Below, piece after piece: positions 59,348-64,000 of a DNA stretch of 64,000 nt. The DNA is from Psilocybe cubensis (taxonomy: Eukaryota): contig CM039009.1 in the NCBI GenBank assembly GCA_017499595.2, positions 682,001 to 746,000 of the forward strand. Reading direction: 5' to 3'. Within the stretch, counting starts at the first letter, position 1; the number at the start of each line of letters is the position of its first letter. Position numbers and translations under genes: made by a program. The notes under the pieces are model-generated. The model did not search any database and was not told where the DNA came from. It saw only the letters and a program-made list of their open reading frames with translations.

Positions 59348-59875
59348 CTAAATCGGCTCGTACTGGGGGGGAGGCGCAACCCTTTCTGGCTCTCCAACAG
59401 CAGGCCTTTGTAAAATCATAGTTGGGCCGACTAGCGATTCTGCAGTAGTCATCTCTGAGGCTGCCTCGCGTCGCATTCTTTCTATGCGGTCTTCTAGCAC
59501 ATCAATATACTTCTGTGCAGCCTCAAATGAATCCGGAGGCTGTGATAATTGCCGGGTAATTGAGGGTGATTCGGTGAAGGGGTGGGCTTTATGTTCATCA
59601 TGCTCTAGATGTTGTCGCTTGCGTCTTTTGCAATATACCCCCAGGATCACCAAGAAACCTAGTATCGCCACGACAGTAACCCCCACCGAAATAAGGATTG
59701 TTTTCAAAGACGCCCTGTGCTGCCCTCGAGCTTGGTTCGAACTGATCGATATGCCGCTTGTTGGGAGTGAAAAAGGCGGCCAAAGTCCGGACTCAAGCGA
59801 TGGAAATGAAGGTAACGTCGGAAACCCAGGAGGCGGGTTGAACCCTGGGACTGAGGGGGGTGTGAGAGTCGGCAT
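59348..59875 (-). CDS. Single-pass membrane protein with PPxY motif, copy 3
   Basis: MPTLTPPSVP..., TM TILISVGVTVVAILGFLVILGVYC, KRRKR, AHPFT, AQKYIDVLEDRIERMRRE, PPPQYEPI*. Confidence 0.8.
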   Translation of the reverse strand: MPTLTPPSVPGFNPPPGFPTLPSFPSLESGLWPPFSLPTSGISISSNQARGQHRASLKTILISVGVTVVAILGFLVILGVYCKRRKRQHLEHDEHKAHPFTESPSITRQLSQPPDSFEAAQKYIDVLEDRIERMRREAASEMTTAESLVGPTMILQRPAVGEPERVAPPPQYEPI

Positions 59876-61454
59876 GTCTGGGTATGCGATAAATTAGAGA
59901 ATGGAATTTGAGATGAACTTTGTAAGTTGACGACTTCAATGTTACACCTTCCAAGGAGGGCTCACAGAGCAGGGTATATGGCGTCAGCCGCGTGAAGTAT
60001 ACGTACCGGCAGATAACTGTGAAAATGGCGATGAGAAGCGTTCTCTTTGCAAGTGGGGCATATATACTCCAACTAATTTATTTAACAGAGCCACGATGAA
60101 GAACACAAACGGCAGACATGACAGCAATAACAATTCTGAAATAAAGCAATGTGTCCACGTCAATGTCGGGTCAAACGGCTGATGATATGCAGTGCTTGAT
60201 GTCACTTACTAGTAACCTCTCCACTTTTTTGAGAATCTTGTAATTCTTGCCAATGAAAACTGATTGCCCTTGCACTGCTTGTTCAGTCGAAGTAGGTATT
60301 TTCTCGCATTGTGAACATCGAGATTGGAGAAACATAATAACAAAGAATAACCCATGTCTTACATGTAATCTACGTATGGGAAGCAATGTTTGAAATTTTG
60401 CGCCAGGAGTGTTCAAGATAGATGTAAGGTTTGAAAATTTTTAGTGGAGAATCAGTGATGGGAATGGTTTAATATAAGGATGCTGAACGGCCATCTGACT
60501 CACAATGTTCTTGAAATAGCAATGTTGAAAATCGAAATTCAGAAGGTATTGTAGCCTTGAGATACACAAGACAGTCCCTCAAGAGCTTGATGATTATGCT
60601 CCTCGACATCGGTATAAATGGATCATATAATGTACAGCTATTTTTCTGTATATATAGGTCGGGTATTCAAATGGGAGAACATGTCAGATGTATTATTGCA
60701 TGATTATGATACCTAGACTTACCTCAATAGCATTCGGCAATTTCAGACTAGATTTTTTTACACAGGGACAACCAACGTGTTTGGATGCCTCTAAGGCCTC
60801 CGATGCTGGCAGTAGTTTTTATGCAACTTCGCTTCCGAACTGCAGCTCGAAATCTACTCAACGCTGAGCATCTTCTCCGTTCAGATGCAAGATAGTTTCT
60901 GTTCTTCCCTCAGTGAGATTGGTCTAGGTCAGATGAGACCATAACTAACTCTGACGCTGGCATTGGCGAACAATAGGGACTTTTAAAATTTTTATTCTCA
61001 CGGTCACCGACAGACTTACATGCTCCGACTCGGCTCGACCCGTAAACGCCAAGTCCTGGTTAAAAATAACTGCTACCAAAGACACAGTTTTCGAGTCTTT
61101 CACGAATTCCATTTGTTTAATTCCCGCAGCCATTGATAATGTTCCGTTTAGACTCGGTCCTTGATATAGTAGTTTATTTATTTATTATGTCGTACCAATA
61201 TCAATGTCAGAGTGACAAGGCAGCCGAATTAGGTCGAAGGGGACGACAATCCGCTTTGACAACACAATGAGGAGACAATAAACGCAAATGGTCCCGGTCA
61301 TCATTTCCTTCTTCTCAAAGGTCCTCTTTTAAAAGCCTAATTAAGACACGGTTCAAATGATGTGAAATATCCCCGGCCCATCATAATCTTATCCCTTCGT
61401 CCAGAGTGCCTCTTAACCTTCTCCAGCATCGACACATCGACTATATTGCGCCCC

Positions 61455-63044
61455 ATGCCTCTATTACCCCGCAGTCCCAGGAAAAGACCCTTTCAATCTG
61501 CTTTTGAATCTGAGCTTATTGATGAGAAGCCACAAATCTGGAGTACAACTCATCCGAAGCGAGTGAAATCAAAGGGCAAAGAGTTGCGCGAAGTCACAAG
61601 GTGAGCACTTGTTTATTACCTCTTTACCTGTTACCGGAGGACAGTAAATCTTACATATGTATACAATGTCTCAAGATCGAAATCATCATCTGTGGACTGC
61701 CTTCCTAATGAAATTTTGTTGAGGATATTCCAAGAATCTATAAACGCGTCAGGATCTTCAATATCAATTCCAATCGACATGACGTCCTGCAACTCGGCAC
61801 CTGTCACCCTTCTGTATGTTTGCAATCGCTGGAGACATCTTGTACTTGGATCACCGCTTCTCTGGACAAAAATTCATACTCCAGAGCTTATATTCGACAA
61901 CGATATTTCTCTTGGGCCGTACCAGAAAGTACTGGCCCAGCTGCTCGGGTATTCACAGACCTTGCCTATATTTGTCAAGCACAACTCTCCGGGGTATCAT
62001 TACTGGAACACAATTAAAAACCACGTAAAGCTGACTCCAGGATGCACCTTTACGAGCCGACATCTGCGCGGCTTAGCGAACGATCATTCATTGAATATGC
62101 TGCTTGCTTTGACGAACGCTGGCCACCGGTGGAAAACCTTTGAAATCACATTCGACAATGCTCTTCTCCAAAGTTTCAGTAGCCTGTGCAGTCACCAAGA
62201 TCCATGTCTTGGAGCAAATCTTGAATCGTTGAAAATTTGCTTTTCTGACTCGCCTCGTACTAGTATGGACTTCGACGACCTTTGGTGTTGGATCAAGCGC
62301 CTTCCCGTCTTGAAAAATTTGTACATCACGGATTCTCGACAATTTCTGGCAAATACAAATCCAAAATCTCTTCCATTGGGGTTCATTACTGGAGAAATAC
62401 AATTCCAGAAGCCGTCGATTAAGTTTTTGGACGCTCTGCAGATCATTTCTCAGTGCAAATCTGCCACCAAGGTCCTTATATGCGGCAGGAGTCTGTGCAG
62501 CGATGCTAGCGATAGCCCAACCTACCACTCTGGACCTACGACGCCGCTATGTTTCCACCGCATAACCGCCTTGATATTAAAAGGAATACAATATCCTATA
62601 CATATCCTGGACCACTTTACGTTTCCCTCTCTCGTCAGGCTTGAGATATTTCTCTGCTTTGCAGTTATCGGCGAGGACCTTAGGAATGACTCGCTCTCTA
62701 TATTTAAGAGGTTTCTTGACCGATCCCAGCCCCAGTTGGCTGAATTTATCGTGCGAGATGACTACATGACGGAAGAAATCGCACTTCCTTTTCTCATGCT
62801 CCCAAGGCTTCGTCATGTCTCTACAGTTGACTTTGATTCGGTGAGGCCTATTTCTGCAGGCCTTTTAGCAAGCCTTCATCACGGTGAAGATCTTGATGCA
62901 ACATGGAATGAACGCCTCAGGGATATTGACCTCATGATATGGAAATCACGCAGTGAAGACGCAGGATATCATTTCGGATGGAAGTCCATGCGTAACAACG
63001 AAACCCTTCAGCTATCCATTAGAGGTGGGCGGATTCAACGGTGA
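61455..63044 (+). CDS. F-box-like protein, 2 exons
   Basis: Exon 1 MPLLPRSPRKRP...VTR|gtgagc; then VDCLPNEILLRIFQ...APVTLLYVCNRWRHLVLGSPLLWTKI, the typical Agaricales F-box; FTFPSLVRL...FLDRSQPQL motif. Confidence 0.8.
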
Positions 63045-64000
63045 ATTGCAGGCCTGCCGCGGTTTTGTCATGAATCACGGGACATAATTTCTGTCCACAA
63101 TATCTTTCTCGCTCGCGTAGTTTAATTGTCCATAATATAGTCTTAATTTTCAAGTTAATTAGTTGATTTTATTTCAATTAAACACAGTACCTTGCGGAAA
63201 GAGAAGTACAGAGCATTAAATCAGCGTTATATGTACTTAATTAAAATAGAAGTCTGTTTAAACATGTAAAGGGCGCTTGCAATTAACAGTTGATATCGAG
63301 CTCCCAATCGTGAATCGTCTCCAGTCTTTTTTGCTTGGCGTGCCGGAAGATATATGACGACCCTTCAAGGCCACGCTCTCGCCCAGCAGTGTGCGACATC
63401 GGCAAGATCGATCGTCAACTTTCTGGTCCTACTAGTACTCATCGATCCCGAGCCTTCGCATCTATGGATGTCCACTGCCTTTTCTGCTCACAACACATGT
63501 GACTGAAGTGTGCTGTTTTGTTTGCTAGCTTCCTATGACAACGCTAGGCAGTAGAAATTAACGATTACAACGCGATTGCATGTAGCAACACTCATGATTG
63601 TGAAATTATTATAAGTTGATCAAAATGGTTCTCATTATCTGACAAGAAGACGGTTATAGACGGATACCGGCGGATAAACTCGGATGAATCAGCCTTTAGC
63701 TTTAGACTTTACCCGGCGCTTAATGTGAACGAGATGCTCGCTGATCCTCGCGTGCCTTGGATGCTCGAGGCCTCATGCATCATGACAAGCAGATCTTGCC
63801 ATTAGACTCCAACTACAATTATAACAATGTTCATTCTGAGTCCAATTTCTCATAAACTTGTTTGATTGTTTTTCTTGGAGCTGTTCTCGCAGTCGCGAAG
63901 GTTTGGTTTGCATGTGTAAAACTGTGTCGGCAATCCCCATTTCAAATCCATTATGACTAAAGAACATTGATCGATTGCTTGGTCCTGGTTGCACCCGCGA

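Noticed and set aside
63773-64000. 73-aa ORF at the window end
   Set aside because: Truncated by the edge with no recognisable homology.

Overview
Eukaryotic window with short GT-AG introns, typical of a basidiomycete (Agaricales-like) fungus; the taxon is inferred from gene families and intron style. Conserved genes: an alkyltransferase-like DNA-repair gene (PWHRV), a HELLS/LSH/IRC5-type SNF2 helicase, an FHA-domain Chk2/Rad53-like kinase and a divergent forkhead factor. These sit among duplicated accessory genes: about seven F-box-like genes (including an inverted duplicate of a two-gene F-box cassette and a remnant copy), two inverted DUF6535-type membrane-protein paralogues, three paralogous single-pass membrane proteins ending in PPPQY-E-[S/P]-I, and three small secreted proteins. 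Mobile DNA: an intact, very recent Ty1/Copia element (identical 181-bp LTRs, AAGAT target duplication), a 592-bp TIR element inserted at the start of exon 2 of a membrane-protein gene, and a 744-bp Mutator-like MITE with a 9-bp target duplication. The most intriguing signals are the exon-boundary insertion that creates a CAG|GTAAG site, an 87-bp non-genic repeat more conserved than the duplicated genes beside it, and the PY/NPF membrane-protein triplet within an F-box-rich region. Exon boundaries were read by eye and family calls rest on motif recognition, not database searches.
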